From Bacteroidia bacterium (lineage in GTDB: Bacteria > Bacteroidota > Bacteroidia > UKL13-3), in contig JAIOYZ010000004.1 of NCBI GenBank assembly GCA_021740845.1, positions 54,142 to 118,141 on the forward strand: DNA of 64,000 nt. The letters run 5' to 3'. Both the position numbers and the translations under genes were made by a program. Positions 27,137 to 36,792 of the stretch are shown in pieces (position 1 is the first letter of the stretch; each line of letters starts with the position of its first letter). Below the pieces are notes generated by a model. That model was not told where the DNA came from. It ran no database searches and saw nothing but the letters and a program-made list of their open reading frames with translations.

Positions 27137-28888
27137 TTATCCGTTCATTGAAGCCAAAAACTCTTCGTTGTTTTTGGTAGAACGCATGTTTTTCAACATT
27201 AAATCCATGGCCTCGTCTGGGTTCATATCTGCCAAGTGATTGCGCAGAACCCAAATACGTTGTAATGCCGATTTTTCTAATAATAAATCATCTCTTCTGG
27301 TACTCGATGAAACAATATCGATAGCAGGGAATACGCGCTTGTTAGCAAGTTTTCTATCCAACTGCAACTCCATATTACCGGTACCTTTAAATTCTTCAAA
27401 AATTACCTCGTCCATTTTTGAACCAGTTTCTGTAAGTGCAGTGGCAATAATGGTTAAAGAACCACCATCTTCAATTTTTCTAGCAGCACCAAAGAAACGT
27501 TTTGGTTTGTGCAATGCGTTTGCATCCACACCACCCGAAAGTATTTTACCCGATGCTGGTTGTGCTGTATTAAATGCACGCGCCATACGTGTAATTGAAT
27601 CTAAAAGAATCACTACATCATGACCACATTCTACCAATCTCTTGGCTTTTTCTAAAACAATATTGGCCAATTTTACATGCTTTTCTGCAGGCTCATCAAA
27701 AGTAGATGCTACTACTTCTGCGCGCACACTTCTTTGCATATCTGTAACCTCTTCTGGGCGTTCATCAATTAATAAAATTAACAAATAAACTTCGGGATGA
27801 TTTTTAGCAATGGCGTTAGCAATGTCTTTTAATAAAATGGTTTTACCTGTTTTAGGTTGAGCCACAATTAAACCACGTTGGCCTTTACCAATTGGAGCTA
27901 ATAAATCTATAATTCTAGTAGAATAGGTAGTTGAATTATCTGCCAGTCTCAACTTTTCATCTGGGAAAAGCGGAGTTAAATGTTCAAATGCAACACGGTC
28001 TCTCACTTCAGAAGGAATTCTTCCGTTGATTGATTCTACTTTAACTAAAGCAAAATATTTTTCACCTTCTTTAGGCGGACGAACTGTTCCTAAAACGGTA
28101 TCTCCAGTTTTTAATCCGAATAATTTTATTTGAGATGGAGAAACATAAATATCATCTGGAGAAGGCATGTAGTTATAATCTGAAGAACGCAAGAATCCGT
28201 AACCATCCGACATCATTTCTAAAACCCCTTCGGAGCTTACCATGCTTTCTAATTCTTGGTAACTAACTCTTTCTTGTCTTGGTTCAACTGGAAAGTTATT
28301 TCCATTTCCACCATTATTTCCATTTCCTTGAGGGGTGTTTAAATTTCCACCATTGTTAGGATTTGGGTTATTACCACCGTTGTTACCATTTTCATTTCTA
28401 GGGTAACGGTTGTTTGGTTGGTTGCGATCATTTCTATCGTTACGTGGCTCATTTCTATCGTTCCTTTCGGGGCGATTATTTTGCCATTTGCGATCTTGAT
28501 TTCTTTGAAAATTTTGAGGAGCAGTAGTTTCTGGAGCACCTTCTAATTTTATTTCAGGAGCTTTAACTTCGGTAACAATAGGAGCAGGTGCAATTGGTGC
28601 AGCCTTTTCCTCTACAACTAAAGGTATTTCGGTTTGAACCAAATTTTCTTTACTAGGTGCAGATGCAACTGTTTTTTCTATCTTTTCTGCTTTGGGAACG
28701 CGTGGTCTTCCACGTTTTTTTGGTGCCGAATCATTGTCCTCGGCTGGTGATGTTTTTTCGGTTTGTTTGTCCATAATGGCACTAATCAGAGATTGTTTGT
28801 CTAGTCCTGAGGCTGGAACGCCTATTTTTTTTGCAATATCTTTAAGCTCAGAAACGAGCATTTCTTTCAAGGAAGTAAAATCGAGCAT
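27137..28888 (-). CDS. rho: Transcription termination factor Rho with a long disordered N-terminal insertion
   Basis: Rho_N ([17 protein letters not shown]), a CSD-like RNA-binding domain, and an ATPase core (PKTGKT, Q/R loops). An Asn/Gly/Arg/Asp/Pro-rich insertion of about 160 aa spans residues ~44-205. Confidence 0.95.
   Translation of the reverse strand: MLDFTSLKEMLVSELKDIAKKIGVPASGLDKQSLISAIMDKQTEKTSPAEDNDSAPKKRGRPRVPKAEKIEKTVASAPSKENLVQTEIPLVVEEKAAPIAPAPIVTEVKAPEIKLEGAPETTAPQNFQRNQDRKWQNNRPERNDRNEPRNDRNDRNQPNNRYPRNENGNNGGNNPNPNNGGNLNTPQGNGNNGGNGNNFPVEPRQERVSYQELESMVSSEGVLEMMSDGYGFLRSSDYNYMPSPDDIYVSPSQIKLFGLKTGDTVLGTVRPPKEGEKYFALVKVESINGRIPSEVRDRVAFEHLTPLFPDEKLRLADNSTTYSTRIIDLLAPIGKGQRGLIVAQPKTGKTILLKDIANAIAKNHPEVYLLILLIDERPEEVTDMQRSVRAEVVASTFDEPAEKHVKLANIVLEKAKRLVECGHDVVILLDSITRMARAFNTAQPASGKILSGGVDANALHKPKRFFGAARKIEDGGSLTIIATALTETGSKMDEVIFEEFKGTGNMELQLDRKLANKRVFPAIDIVSSSTRRDDLLLEKSALQRIWVLRNHLADMNPDEAMDLMLKNMRSTKNNEEFLASMNG
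28631..28640 (-). repeat. Copy of the over-represented dyad motif (core GGTTTGAACC on + strand)
   Basis: ttcGGTTTGAACCaaa, inside rho and read as LVQTE on the minus strand. Confidence 0.8.
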
Positions 28889-29004
28889 GTAACTATTTTA
28901 ATGATTCCCAATCAGACAGAAGCTGGCAACGATAGATAACCGATAAAGCTTTGTGGGGAGTTGATTGGAATACAATAGTAAGCATTAAAACCTTATTTAC
29001 AAAT

Positions 29005-29012
29005 CAAATTTA
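29005..29012 (-). promoter_or_regulatory. Candidate -7 promoter box (TAnnTTTG) for rho
   Basis: The minus strand reads taaatttg, about 115 nt upstream of the rho ATG. A long leader fits the known autoregulation of rho, but there is no further support. Confidence 0.25.
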
Positions 29013-29090
29013 AAATATTTTTTTTAGGATAATTGGATGTGTAATCTGTTGACAGAAAATTACTTGGTTCAAACAGAAATAAAATAGGCA

Positions 29091-30464
29091 TTACAATTTT
29101 TGCCAAACTGTTTTAACTTGGCAGAAGGCCTTTAAACCTTCTGGTCCGAGCTCTCTTCCAAAGCCAGAATGTTTGCTTCCACCAAACGGTATTTGCACAT
29201 CACTTTTAACAATTTGGTTTATATAAACCATTCCCGATTCAATATCTGTTGCCATTTTGCTTGCTCGTTCCAAATCGTTTGTGAAGATACTAGCACCCAA
29301 GCCAAATTTAGTGTCGTTAGCAATTTCAATCGCTTCTTCAACACTTGTAAAAGTATATAAACTTAAAACGGGGCCAAATAGCTCCTCTTCATATGCTCTA
29401 CAATCTTTTGGAATATCTGTCAATATAGTGGGAGGAAAGAAGTAGCCTGTTGCTGGAATATCTTTTTGTTGATAGGCTATTTTGGCTCCAGAATTCACAG
29501 AATCCTTTACTTGGTTCAACAAGAGATCTCTTAAATCTTTTCTTGCCAATGGGCCAATATCGGTGCCTTCTTCTATTGGATCGCCCAATTTAAATTGCGA
29601 GATTTTTTGAATTAATAAATCTAAAAATTTGTCAGCAATTTTTTCTTCTACCAAGAAACGCTTGGCGGCCACACAACTTTGTCCGTTGTTTTGAAATCTA
29701 GAAAAAACTATTTGGTCAATAATTTTTTCAAGTGGCGCATCTGCAAATAAAATTAATGGGTCGGAGCCACCCAATTCTAGAACGACGGGTTTAATTTCCT
29801 TAGCAGCTAAGGAGGCCACAATACTTCCAGCTTTTTCGCTTCCGGTTAAGGTTACAGCAGAAATGGCTTTATGAGAAATAAGTTTTGCTATTTGTTCCTC
29901 GTTAAAAAAGGCGGTTACAAAAAGGTTTTTAGGCAATTCGGTTTGAACCAAAATTTGTTGCAATAAGAGACTGCTTTTTGGAACATTAGGTGCAGGTTTC
30001 ACCAACATGGCATTGCCACTAACGATGGTTGGAATTGCAGATCTAAGTATTTGCCAATAGGGGAAATTCCAAGGGAATATTCCTAGCACGATTCCAAGAG
30101 GCTCGTAAAAACTGGTAATTTGAGACCCTTGTTCAATAATCTCAATTTTAGGCTGTAGAATACTTTCGGCAGAAGAATAATAATAATCGCACAAACTTGC
30201 ACTTTTTATTACTTCTGCTTTTGCATGGGGAAATGTTTTTCCCATTTCTAATGCAGCAACTTTACCTAATTCGTCGGCATTTTCGCGAAGGAGTTTAGCT
30301 AATTGAGGTAAAAAGGCAATCCTTTCGCTTATCGAATTTTTCTTCCAAAGGCATTGTGCCTTTTGCATCTCCTTTAATAAATCTTCTTGTTGAGAGGGGT
30401 CAAAAAAAGGAAAACTAGAATCTAGTTTTTCATTAAATGGATTGATGCTTTGAAAGGAGCTCAT
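29091..30464 (-). CDS. NAD(P)-dependent aldehyde dehydrogenase (succinate-semialdehyde dehydrogenase-like)
   Basis: ALDH motifs VLELGGSDP, the catalytic Cys region QNNGQSCVAAKR, and EELFGPV. The ATG at 30464 (MSSFQSINPFN) is preferred over the track start. Confidence 0.85.
   Translation of the reverse strand: MSSFQSINPFNEKLDSSFPFFDPSQQEDLLKEMQKAQCLWKKNSISERIAFLPQLAKLLRENADELGKVAALEMGKTFPHAKAEVIKSASLCDYYYSSAESILQPKIEIIEQGSQITSFYEPLGIVLGIFPWNFPYWQILRSAIPTIVSGNAMLVKPAPNVPKSSLLLQQILVQTELPKNLFVTAFFNEEQIAKLISHKAISAVTLTGSEKAGSIVASLAAKEIKPVVLELGGSDPLILFADAPLEKIIDQIVFSRFQNNGQSCVAAKRFLVEEKIADKFLDLLIQKISQFKLGDPIEEGTDIGPLARKDLRDLLLNQVKDSVNSGAKIAYQQKDIPATGYFFPPTILTDIPKDCRAYEEELFGPVLSLYTFTSVEEAIEIANDTKFGLGASIFTNDLERASKMATDIESGMVYINQIVKSDVQIPFGGSKHSGFGRELGPEGLKAFCQVKTVWQKL
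29940..29949 (-). repeat. Copy of the over-represented dyad motif (core GGTTTGAACC on + strand)
   Basis: ttcGGTTTGAACCaaa, inside the aldehyde dehydrogenase CDS (ILVQTEL). Confidence 0.8.
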
Positions 30465-30512
30465 TAAAAATGGTGCTTTAATTAGGGTGAGCAATTTAGA
30501 ACAATGCAAAAA

Positions 30513-30541
30513 AAAAGAAGCATTAAATGCTTCTTTTTTTT
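30513..30541 (-). terminator. Rho-independent terminator after the enoyl-CoA hydratase gene
   Basis: agaagcatt a aatgcttct palindrome flanked by A-run and T-run. Confidence 0.6.
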
Positions 30542-30546
30542 TAGAT

Positions 30547-31350
30547 TTAGTTTCCTCTAAAATTTGGTTGGCGTTTTTCCAAAAATGCTTTGGTTCCTTC
30601 TATAAAATCTTCTGATCCAAAGAAGTTACCAAATTCATTAATTTCAACGTTATTGCCATCAGCACGTTTTTCATAATATGCATTTACGCAACGAATTACG
30701 CTGGTAATTGCCATTGGTGCTTTGGTTTTAATTTTGTTTAGAATCTCTTCACACTTAGCAATTAATTGATCTGCAGGAACTACATGGTTAACCAAACCTA
30801 ATTGCAATGCAGTGTTGGCATCAATCATATCACCAGTCATTAAAAACTCAAGTGCACGACCTTTACCAATTAATTGAGCTAGACGTTGAGTACCAGCATA
30901 ACCAGGAGTAATTCCTAAGTTAACTTCTGGCTGGCCAAAACGAGCTTTTTCTGAACAGATACGCAAATGGCAGCTCATTGCTAATTCATTTCCTCCACCT
31001 AAAGCAAAACCGTTGATGGCTGCAATAACTGGTTTTGGGCAATGGTCGATGGCACGTAAAACGGCATGACCTTCTTCACTCATTCGGGTACCTTCTTCCA
31101 CGGTAAAATTAGCGAACTCAGCAATATCTGCACCAGCAGCAAATGCCTTAGTTCCTTTACCAGTGATAATTACACCTCTAACATCGTGATTGTCGTAAAT
31201 GCTTAATACTGCATTTTTAATATCTGTAAGGGTTTGAATGTTTAGAGCATTCAATTTATCCTCACGATTAATTGTTACGTAAAAGATTTGCTCTTTTATT
31301 TCGGTTAAAATATTTTGATACATGGTTTCAACTGTAATTGGTTCCATCAT
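30547..31350 (-). CDS. Enoyl-CoA hydratase/isomerase (crotonase family)
   Basis: INREDKLNALN, FAAGADI, INGFALGGGNELAMSCHLR are crotonase oxyanion-hole motifs. Internal ATG start at 31350 or 31347. Confidence 0.85.
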   Translation of the reverse strand: MMEPITVETMYQNILTEIKEQIFYVTINREDKLNALNIQTLTDIKNAVLSIYDNHDVRGVIITGKGTKAFAAGADIAEFANFTVEEGTRMSEEGHAVLRAIDHCPKPVIAAINGFALGGGNELAMSCHLRICSEKARFGQPEVNLGITPGYAGTQRLAQLIGKGRALEFLMTGDMIDANTALQLGLVNHVVPADQLIAKCEEILNKIKTKAPMAITSVIRCVNAYYEKRADGNNVEINEFGNFFGSEDFIEGTKAFLEKRQPNFRGN

Positions 31351-31454
31351 TATTATTTTTATTAAAAAATTTGCGTGCAACTTTAAGACATATTTTTAAT
31401 TATTCAAGTAACATTTAATGCACTCAAAATATTCCTGTTGCAAACGTCTTTTCT

Positions 31455-31862
31455 TCAATAGGTTCTGTTTGTTTTTACCCAGTTTTTTATATAATCGGCA
31501 ATTTCGTGGGTATGAGCGCCAGGAGTGAAAAGTTTTCCAATTCCTATGGCACTCAAAGTGTCCAAGTCTTCTTGAGGAATAATGCCTCCTCCTGTTATTA
31601 GAACATCGTTCATATTATTCTGGCTCATCAATTCTTTTAAGCGGGTGAACACACTTAAATGAGCTCCAGATAAAATGCTAACTCCAATAACATCCACATC
31701 TTCTTGCATGGCTGCTTGAACCACCATTTCTGGTGTTTGACGCAAGCCAGTATAAATAACTTCCATTCCTGCATCTCTTAATGCAGTTGCAATTACTTTG
31801 GCACCTCTATCGTGGCCATCTAAGCCAATTTTAGCAACCAATACACGTATGGGACGGTTCAT
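31455..31862 (-). CDS. Methylmalonyl-CoA mutase-type cobalamin (B12)-binding domain protein, stand-alone
   Basis: [34 protein letters not shown]...[11 protein letters not shown] is the DxHxxG B12-binding Rossmann domain of MCM and isobutyryl-CoA mutases. Confidence 0.85.
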   Translation of the reverse strand: MNRPIRVLVAKIGLDGHDRGAKVIATALRDAGMEVIYTGLRQTPEMVVQAAMQEDVDVIGVSILSGAHLSVFTRLKELMSQNNMNDVLITGGGIIPQEDLDTLSAIGIGKLFTPGAHTHEIADYIKNWVKTNRTY

Positions 31863-32503
31863 TATTTTTTGCTTTTTTTATTTCCTCTTTCTCTTGTAAG
31901 AACAATATAATCTTTGCCCTTCAACTCAGAATCAAAATAGGCTCTAAATTGTTCTTCTGTACCGGTGTAATATTGGGCAACAGATGGTCCTGCATGGGCA
32001 GATGCCAAAGGTGGAGTAGCGCCACCATCCGAATTTCCGTTAGGTTGAATGGGTTCGCTTTGGTAGTTTAAATCTCTTAAGCCCATAAATTTTTGGATAT
32101 TACTTGGGTCGTCCTTTTTAAATTTATTTTCATTAACAAAATAAACTTTCATGCCCTCTTTTGTTGGTTCAAGTACAAGTAAATTCCATAAGGTAGGGAA
32201 TGTCATATCATTAAAACCCAAAATATAAATTTCATGCATTTGGTGCAATTGAAAATCCAAATGAATCATTTTGTTCACGGATTCGCGGCTATTGGTTAAG
32301 GTAATTTGGTTGTTATTTATTTGAACCAAAAGGGAGTCAAATCGATGGTTGTGAATGTCTTTGCTATAAAAGCGAAAATTACCTTGGAGGTCAGATGGAA
32401 TAAGGTCTAAATATTGTCCAGGAATTGTTTCGAAACGGGCATCGCTGCAGCCAAAAAGTGCAAGGCTACTTAATACAATAAAAAGGAGATTTTTAATTTT
32501 CAT
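31862..32503 (-). CDS. Hypothetical lipoprotein
   Basis: Signal plus lipobox (LALFGC). No recognisable domain. Its stop overlaps the start of the downstream B12-domain gene (31862). Confidence 0.55.
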   Translation of the reverse strand: MKIKNLLFIVLSSLALFGCSDARFETIPGQYLDLIPSDLQGNFRFYSKDIHNHRFDSLLVQINNNQITLTNSRESVNKMIHLDFQLHQMHEIYILGFNDMTFPTLWNLLVLEPTKEGMKVYFVNENKFKKDDPSNIQKFMGLRDLNYQSEPIQPNGNSDGGATPPLASAHAGPSVAQYYTGTEEQFRAYFDSELKGKDYIVLTRERGNKKSKK

Positions 32504-32512
32504 GCGGTCAAT

Positions 32513-34045
32513 TTAAGCTAATTTGGTTAATGCGTATTTAATTCTTGAAATAGTTTCTTCTTTACCAATGGTTTCAGCAATTTCAAATAAAGGTGGGCCA
32601 CCGGCAACACCAGTTAAGATAACACGGAATAATTGTAAGAAATCCTTACCCAATATTCCTTGTTTTTCTAAAGCTTGATGGTATGCTTGTTCGATTTCTG
32701 TATGGATAAAGGAATCGATGTTTTGGAAATTTTCTATTAAGTTATCAAGTAATGCTGGAATTTTTTCATTCCAACGCTTTTTCACTACCTGTTCATCATA
32801 AGTTGAAGGAGCGATGAAGAAATAGGAACTGTAATCCCAGATTTCTTTAGTAAAGCTTATCTTTTCTTTCACCAATCCACACACTTTCAAAATAGTAGCT
32901 GGATTAACAGAATTGTCTGGTAAATTTTGGTTCAAACCTGATTGTAAATAAGGTGCTAAAGCCTCATCCGACAATTTTCTAACATATTGTTGGTTGAACC
33001 ATTTAGCTTTATTTTGGTCGAATTTTGCACCTGATTTGCTTACTCTCTCTAAGGAAAATGCTTCAGCCAATTCTTCCAAAGAAAATATTTCCTGACTAGT
33101 TCCTGGATTCCAGCCTAGAAAAGCCAATAAGTTAATTACTGCTTCGGGCAAATATCCCGCCTCACGGTAACCACTCGATAATTCTTTGGTTGTTGGGTCA
33201 ACCCAATTCATTGGAAATACTGGAAAACCTAATCTATCACCATCGCGTTTGCTTAATTTTCCATTTCCCTCAGGCTTAAGTAGCAAAGGTAAATGTGCAA
33301 ATTTTGGCATTTTATCTTCCCAACCAAAAGCTCGGTAAAGCAAAACATGCAAAGGAGCAGAAGGCAACCATTCCTCACCACGGATAACTTGGGTGATTTC
33401 CATTAAATAATCGTCCACCACATTTGCTAAATGATAGGTTGGCATCCCATCACTTTTAAATAATACCTTATCGTCCATTTGGCTGGTATTAAAACTTACC
33501 CAACCTCTAATTTCATCATGGAATTTTACTTCTTCTTTTCTCGGAAGTTTGAAACGAACCACATAAGCGTCGCCATTTTCTAGACGTTTTGTAACTTCAT
33601 CTTCTGATAAAGTAAGTGAGTTTTTCATGGTACCACGAGTAATGGCATCGTATTTTGCGTCTACGTTACTGGCTTTTAAGCGTTCGCGCATTCCCTCCAA
33701 GTCTTCAGCAGTATCAAATGCATAATAGGCCATTCCGTTGGCAATTAATTGCATTACATACTCTCTATACATTGGTTTTCTTTCGCTCTGGCGGTATGGA
33801 GCATGAGGGCCATCTCCAAAACCAATTCCTTCAACGGCTTCAATACCAAGCCATTTAAGCGATTCAATTATATATTCTTCAGCACCGGGTACAAATCGGG
33901 TTTGGTCTGTATCTTCAATTCGTAAAAGGAAATCTCCTCCGTGTTTTTTTGCATACAAATAATTGTACAATGCGGTTCTAACTCCGCCAATATGCAAGGG
34001 TCCTGTAGGACTGGGTGCAAATCTAACTCTAACTCTTCTATCCAT
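32513..34045 (-). CDS. gltX: Glutamate--tRNA ligase
   Basis: VRVRFAPSPTGPLHIGG (HIGH) and KLSKR (KMSKS) motifs. The ATG at 34045 is preferred over the 5-codon track extension. Confidence 0.95.
   Translation of the reverse strand: MDRRVRVRFAPSPTGPLHIGGVRTALYNYLYAKKHGGDFLLRIEDTDQTRFVPGAEEYIIESLKWLGIEAVEGIGFGDGPHAPYRQSERKPMYREYVMQLIANGMAYYAFDTAEDLEGMRERLKASNVDAKYDAITRGTMKNSLTLSEDEVTKRLENGDAYVVRFKLPRKEEVKFHDEIRGWVSFNTSQMDDKVLFKSDGMPTYHLANVVDDYLMEITQVIRGEEWLPSAPLHVLLYRAFGWEDKMPKFAHLPLLLKPEGNGKLSKRDGDRLGFPVFPMNWVDPTTKELSSGYREAGYLPEAVINLLAFLGWNPGTSQEIFSLEELAEAFSLERVSKSGAKFDQNKAKWFNQQYVRKLSDEALAPYLQSGLNQNLPDNSVNPATILKVCGLVKEKISFTKEIWDYSSYFFIAPSTYDEQVVKKRWNEKIPALLDNLIENFQNIDSFIHTEIEQAYHQALEKQGILGKDFLQLFRVILTGVAGGPPLFEIAETIGKEETISRIKYALTKLA
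32929..32938 (+). repeat. Copy of the over-represented dyad motif (core GGTTCAAACC)
   Basis: tttGGTTCAAACCtga, inside gltX and read as GLNQN on the minus strand. Confidence 0.8.
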
Positions 34046-34057
34046 AATCAATAGGGG

Positions 34058-34065
34058 CAAAGATA
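34058..34065 (-). promoter_or_regulatory. Candidate -7 promoter box (TAnnTTTG) for gltX
   Basis: The minus strand reads tatctttgcccc, 12 nt upstream of the ATG at 34045. Confidence 0.35.
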
Positions 34066-34187
34066 AAAAGTTGGAGGTTTTTACCTACTATACCACAGAT
34101 TAATGAACAAAAAATTAAATTAATTGTAAGAAAATTGTTCAAGGGATAGTATTTTGCAGGCCTAGTACTACATAAAAGAGAAAACGT

Positions 34188-34754
34188 ATGAGTGACCCAA
34201 GATTAAAACCATTGTTCGATCAATTAAAGGAATTAATGGACCATGCTGTTGACCATGCAGCAAATGAATTTACAAAAATTCGTGCAGGAAAGGCGCATCC
34301 TTCTATGTTGGATGCAGTGAAAGTTGACTATTATGGATCTCTTGTTCCAGTTAGTCAGGTAGGAAATATTAGCACGCCCGATGCTAGAACCATATCGGTT
34401 CAACCTTGGGAAAAGAATGTATTACAAGCAATTGAAAAGGGGATTATTATTGCCAATTTAGGCTTTAACCCTACCAATGACGGTTCTATTATTCGCATTA
34501 ACTTACCTATGTTAACTGAAGAACGTAGAAAAGAGATTGTTAAAAAAGTGAAGCACGAAGCGGAATTTGCAAAAGTAGCTATTCGTAATATTCGCAAGGA
34601 TATTAACGAAGGCATTAAGAAAGCACAGAAAGATGGAGTGCCAGAAGACGATGCAAAAACTGCTGAAACGCAAGTTCAAAAAACTACCGATGCTTATATC
34701 AAAAAAATCGATGAATTAACTGCTGCTAAAGAAGCAGATTTAATGCACGTTTAA
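34188..34754 (+). CDS. frr: Ribosome recycling factor
   Basis: Full-length RRF pattern (RAGKAHPSMLD.V.VDYYG...PLTEERRKE..K). Confidence 0.95.
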   Translation: MSDPRLKPLFDQLKELMDHAVDHAANEFTKIRAGKAHPSMLDAVKVDYYGSLVPVSQVGNISTPDARTISVQPWEKNVLQAIEKGIIIANLGFNPTNDGSIIRINLPMLTEERRKEIVKKVKHEAEFAKVAIRNIRKDINEGIKKAQKDGVPEDDAKTAETQVQKTTDAYIKKIDELTAAKEADLMHV

Positions 34755-34764
34755 GCATTTTAGA

Positions 34765-36792
34765 ATGAGCATTCTTTCCTCAAAAGTCAAGAAATGGATA
34801 ACACTAACCGCGAAAGTGGTTGGTGTTTTTTTGTTTTTACTTGTACTAGGTTTCTTTTCCTTACGCGGATATTTCCTAAACAAAGCAATTTCAAAAGTTC
34901 AAACAAAATTGCAAGACCAATATCAAACTAAACTTGATATTAAGGAAGCAGGCTTCACAGGTTTAGCTGGGGTGAATTTGGTAGGCATAAGTTTGGTGCC
35001 AGATGGGCAAGATACTCTTCTGCATTTAGATCAATTTTCTTTGAGCATTAAGTTTGGTTATGCTTTAATTGGTGATATTCGGGTGAAGAATATTTCTTTA
35101 AAGGAAGGTTATCTCCAAATATCTAAAAGAAACGGAATAAGGAATTTTGATAATTTTATTAAATCAAATTCTGATACATTAGTAATTGACAATCCTGATA
35201 CTATTGAAGAAGAAACTGCAAAGGAGGAGGTAAATTACGCTGAAGTATTGTATAAGCTAATTACCAAAATTCTTAACAAGGTTCCAAATGATGTTTCAAT
35301 AGAGAATTTCGTTATAAAAGGAATAGATGAACAATTGTTTGTTGATTTTTCAATACAACATTTGTCGTTTAAAGATGGAATGCTAAACTCTAATTTAATG
35401 GTTGGTTCAAACCAAATGAACCAACATTGGCAGTTAAGTGGCATGGCTTACCCTAGCAAGAGGCAAGCAGATTTGCAATTTGTTAGGTTAGATAGTGGAA
35501 GGGTTATGATTCCTTATCTATCCGAAAGATTTAATTTATTAGCAGGCTTTGGTTCAGCCCGAATGCAATTAAAAAATATTGATTTTGAGGGTGGTGAATT
35601 GAGAATTGAAGGTTTAGCTAGCATTCAATCTTTAATGGTTAATCATCCTAAAATTTCTAAAAAAGATGTGGTTATTGATCAAGTAGAATTTAATTATAAT
35701 TATAAAATTGGTCAGAATTATTTATCGCTTGATAGTAGTTCAAAAATTAACTTTAATGGAATAATTATTCATCCGTTTATTAAGTTTCAGAATGCTCCAG
35801 ATACTGTTTATTATTTGATGGTTCAAACCGAAAATACTGAAGCGCAAACTTTTATTAATGCTTTGCCAGAAGGTTTGTTTTCTCATATAAAAGGTATGGA
35901 AGCTAGTGGTAGTTTTGCCTATCGCTTGGATTTTATTTACAATGAGAACAAGCCCGATGAAATGGTTTTTGAAAGCAATTTGCACAAAGAACAATTTAGA
36001 ATTAACAAATACGGTGATGCCAATTTAGCCAAGCTTAATGGTGAATTTGTTTATACTCCCATGGAAAATGGAAGAGCCATGCGCCCAATTTTAGTAGGTG
36101 AGGGCAATCCAAATTTCACCCCAATTAATGAAATATCTCCTTACCTAAGAAAGTGCGTTTTAACCTGTGAAGACCCAAGTTTTTATTGGCATAGAGGTTT
36201 TGTTACCGAAGCTTTTAGACAATCTATTGTAAAGAATATTAGAACAGGAAAGTTTAAAAGAGGTGCTAGCACAATTAGCATGCAATTGATGAAAAATGTT
36301 TTCTTAACTCGCGACAAAACTATGTCGAGGAAATTGGAAGAAATTTTATTGGTTTATATTCTAGAGAATAATTATATAAGTAGTAAGGACCGCATGTTTG
36401 AAGTTTATCTAAATATCATCGAATGGGGCCCTAATATTTATGGAATAGGTGAAGCTTCGCGGTTCTATTTTAGAAAAGCACCTATTGATTTAACTTTAAG
36501 TGAAAGTATGTTTTTGGCAACCATTGTTCCTGGCCCAAAACATTTTATGTGGCGCTTTGGAAAAGATGGCGTTGCTAAGCCATATTTAGAAAGAACTTAC
36601 CGCTATTTAGCAACCAAAATGTTGGTGAGAGAATTGCTTTTGCCAGAAGATACTCTTGGATTAAATTACCAAGTTTTGGTTAGTGGACCAGCTAAAAAAT
36701 ACATTATTAAAAGTGATAGTTTAGTAAACGATACCTTATTAGAAAAAGAATTATTGTTGATCCAAAAGCCTGAAGATAGGGATGAAGAATAA
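34765..36792 (+). CDS. Membrane-anchored protein with C-terminal GT51 peptidoglycan transglycosylase domain
   Basis: N-terminal TM, a region of about 440 aa of unknown function, then transglycosylase motifs EDPSFYWHRGF, GASTISMQLMKN and RKLEE. Confidence 0.8.
   Translation: MSILSSKVKKWITLTAKVVGVFLFLLVLGFFSLRGYFLNKAISKVQTKLQDQYQTKLDIKEAGFTGLAGVNLVGISLVPDGQDTLLHLDQFSLSIKFGYALIGDIRVKNISLKEGYLQISKRNGIRNFDNFIKSNSDTLVIDNPDTIEEETAKEEVNYAEVLYKLITKILNKVPNDVSIENFVIKGIDEQLFVDFSIQHLSFKDGMLNSNLMVGSNQMNQHWQLSGMAYPSKRQADLQFVRLDSGRVMIPYLSERFNLLAGFGSARMQLKNIDFEGGELRIEGLASIQSLMVNHPKISKKDVVIDQVEFNYNYKIGQNYLSLDSSSKINFNGIIIHPFIKFQNAPDTVYYLMVQTENTEAQTFINALPEGLFSHIKGMEASGSFAYRLDFIYNENKPDEMVFESNLHKEQFRINKYGDANLAKLNGEFVYTPMENGRAMRPILVGEGNPNFTPINEISPYLRKCVLTCEDPSFYWHRGFVTEAFRQSIVKNIRTGKFKRGASTISMQLMKNVFLTRDKTMSRKLEEILLVYILENNYISSKDRMFEVYLNIIEWGPNIYGIGEASRFYFRKAPIDLTLSESMFLATIVPGPKHFMWRFGKDGVAKPYLERTYRYLATKMLVRELLLPEDTLGLNYQVLVSGPAKKYIIKSDSLVNDTLLEKELLLIQKPEDRDEE
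35404..35413 (+). repeat. Copy of the over-represented dyad motif (core GGTTCAAACC)
   Basis: gttGGTTCAAACCaaa, inside a CDS and read as VGSNQM. Confidence 0.8.
35820..35829 (+). repeat. Copy of the over-represented dyad motif (core GGTTCAAACC)
   Basis: gatGGTTCAAACCgaa, in the same CDS and read as MVQTEN. Confidence 0.8.

Noticed and set aside
28289-28516. Short tandem DNA repeats inside rho, considered as a possible CRISPR array or minisatellite.
   Set aside because: The repeats are in frame within the Rho low-complexity insertion, are only about 14 nt long with 8-nt spacing, and have no spacer structure. They are coding-sequence duplications.
31455-31862. The stand-alone B12-binding mutase domain, considered as an anomaly (a truncated methylmalonyl-CoA mutase pseudogene).
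   Set aside because: Split mutases with a separate B12-binding subunit of about 135-140 aa are a known arrangement. The ORF is intact with a proper start and the DxHxxG motif, so the catalytic subunit is presumably encoded elsewhere.
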